Of a stretch of DNA of 64,000 nucleotides, positions 62,467-64,000 are shown one piece after another. The stretch comes from Escherichia coli (lineage in GTDB: Bacteria; Pseudomonadota; Gammaproteobacteria; Enterobacterales; Enterobacteriaceae). The DNA lies in NCBI RefSeq assembly GCF_009931435.1, contig NZ_CP043414.1; one strand, written 5' to 3'. Made by a program: the position numbers and the translations under genes. A model generated the notes under the pieces. It made no database searches. It saw nothing but the letters and a program-made list of their open reading frames with translations, and was not told where the DNA came from. Positions within the stretch are counted from its first letter, which is position 1, and each line of letters opens with the position of its first letter.

Positions 62467-62699
62467 TATGCCGGGGAGGGTATTGCTTCCTCCCGCTTGC
62501 AAGGAACGCCGGATGAAACGTTAAGTCGTCATCCGGCAGCATATTCAACCCCCGGAAACGATAAAAATTCCCTTGAAACCGTTGTTTATTCATGCGTTGC
62601 GATTAACAATACGCTTTTCCAGAGAGCGGCTTTTAACAATGCCCTAACCTGATTTCAGGTGACGTACAATGCCAGTCTCTCAGACCTTCAGAGGGTGTT

Positions 62700-63437
62700 A
62701 TGCTATATATCTTTCGTCTTATTATTACCGTGATTTACAGCATCTTAGTCTGTGTATTCGGCTCCATTTACTGCCTTTTCAGCCCGCGTAACCCGAAACA
62801 TGTAGCCACCTTTGGGCATATGTTTGGTCGTCTTGCGCCGCTGTTCGGCCTGAAAGTTGAGTGTCGCAAACCTGCAGATGCTGAAAGCTACGGCAATGCT
62901 ATTTATATTGCTAACCACCAGAACAACTATGACATGGTGACAGCATCGAACATTGTGCAACCGCCGACGGTGACGGTAGGTAAAAAGAGTTTGCTGTGGA
63001 TCCCCTTCTTTGGTCAGTTGTACTGGCTAACCGGCAACTTATTGATCGACAGAAATAACCGCACTAAAGCTCACGGCACCATTGCAGAAGTAGTGAATCA
63101 CTTCAAAAAACGCCGTATTTCCATCTGGATGTTCCCGGAAGGTACCCGCAGCCGTGGTCGCGGCCTGCTGCCGTTCAAGACAGGAGCATTTCACGCGGCA
63201 ATTGCGGCGGGCGTCCCGATTATTCCCGTGTGCGTCTCTACAACTTCGAATAAGATTAATCTTAATCGGCTACACAACGGTCTGGTGATTGTCGAAATGC
63301 TGCCGCCAATTGACGTCAGTCAGTATGGCAAAGATCAGGTTCGCGAGTTGGCTGCCCATTGTCGTTCGATAATGGAACAAAAAATCGCTGAGCTCGATAA
63401 AGAAGTCGCAGAACGCGAAGCCGCCGGAAGAGTTTAA
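62700..63437 (+). CDS. plsC: 1-acyl-sn-glycerol-3-phosphate acyltransferase
   Basis: ORF track 245 aa; HxxxxD motif NHQNNYD. Confidence 0.95.
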   Translation: MLYIFRLIITVIYSILVCVFGSIYCLFSPRNPKHVATFGHMFGRLAPLFGLKVECRKPADAESYGNAIYIANHQNNYDMVTASNIVQPPTVTVGKKSLLWIPFFGQLYWLTGNLLIDRNNRTKAHGTIAEVVNHFKKRRISIWMFPEGTRSRGRGLLPFKTGAFHAAIAAGVPIIPVCVSTTSNKINLNRLHNGLVIVEMLPPIDVSQYGKDQVRELAAHCRSIMEQKIAELDKEVAEREAAGRV

Positions 63438-63509
63438 GTCGGCAATCTGTATTTTTGCGGGAACACTTTCCTGCACGGTATTACTTTAGCCAGTTTTACA
63501 TGGAGCAAA

Positions 63510-64000
63510 TATGTCACTCAGTCGGCGTCAGTTCATTCAGGCATCGGGGATTGCACTTTGTGCAGGCGCTGTTCCCCTGAAGGCCAGCGCAGCCGGGCAA
63601 CAGCAACCGCTACCCGTTCCGCCGCTGCTTGAATCTCGCCGTGGGCAACCGCTGTTTATGACTGTACAACGTGCGCACTGGTCATTTACGCCAGGAACGC
63701 GCGCATCGGTCTGGGGAATCAATGGTCGTTACCTGGGGCCGACTATCCGCGTCTGGAAGGGCGATGATGTTAAGCTGATCTACAGTAACCGCCTGACAGA
63801 AAATGTCTCAATGACGGTGTCTGGTTTACAGGTGCCTGGCCCGCTGATGGGCGGTCCGGCACGGATGATGTCGCCAAACGCTGACTGGGCACCCGTATTA
63901 CCCATTCGCCAGAACGCAGCGACATTGTGGTATCACGCTAATACCCCCAATCGCACGGCTCAGCAGGTCTATAATGGCCTTGCCGGAATGTGGCTGGTGG
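63510..64000 (+). CDS. ftsP: Cell-division multicopper-oxidase-like protein FtsP, 5' part (runs off window end)
   Basis: ATG 63510 gives MSLSRRQFIQASGIALCAGAVPLKASA (Tat signal RRQF); no stop in window. Confidence 0.9.

Overview
This window is an Escherichia coli-type chromosomal segment, syntenic with the K-12 ebgA to ftsP region but in reverse orientation; gene identities are from recognisable protein sequences in the ORF track and remembered K-12 gene order, not from any search. Core content is intact: ebgRA, patA, aer, yqjI/yqjH, tRNA ileX, mug, the rpsU-dnaG-rpoD operon, tsaD, ttdR/ttdABT, plsY, folB, bacA, cca, ygiM, ygiF, glnE, hldE, yqiJK, glgS, ubiK, ribB with its FMN riboswitch, zupT, ygiDCB, tolC, nudF-yqiB-cpdA-yqiA-parE, ygiN, mdaB, ygiZ, qseBC, ygiWV, ygiS, parC, plsC and the start of ftsP. 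Three accessory features stand out: (1) a roughly 7.2 kb iron-uptake islet between parE and ygiN (TonB-dependent receptor, Fec-like ABC importer, RpiR-type regulator with a +1 frameshift); (2) an IS200/IS605-family element in the ygiM-ygiF intergenic region carrying a Y1 transposase and an apparently intact TnpB; (3) a single ibs/sib type I toxin-antitoxin locus between hldE and yqiK. Relative to K-12 as I remember it, the mqsRA locus and the ygiL-yqiGHI fimbrial operon are absent. I found no CRISPR array, prophage or recognisable defence system, and nothing I can confidently call a wholly undescribed system; the best candidate for unexplored biology is the islet with its RpiR-type regulator. 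All coordinates for motifs and start codons were read by eye and no GC or similarity statistics were computed.
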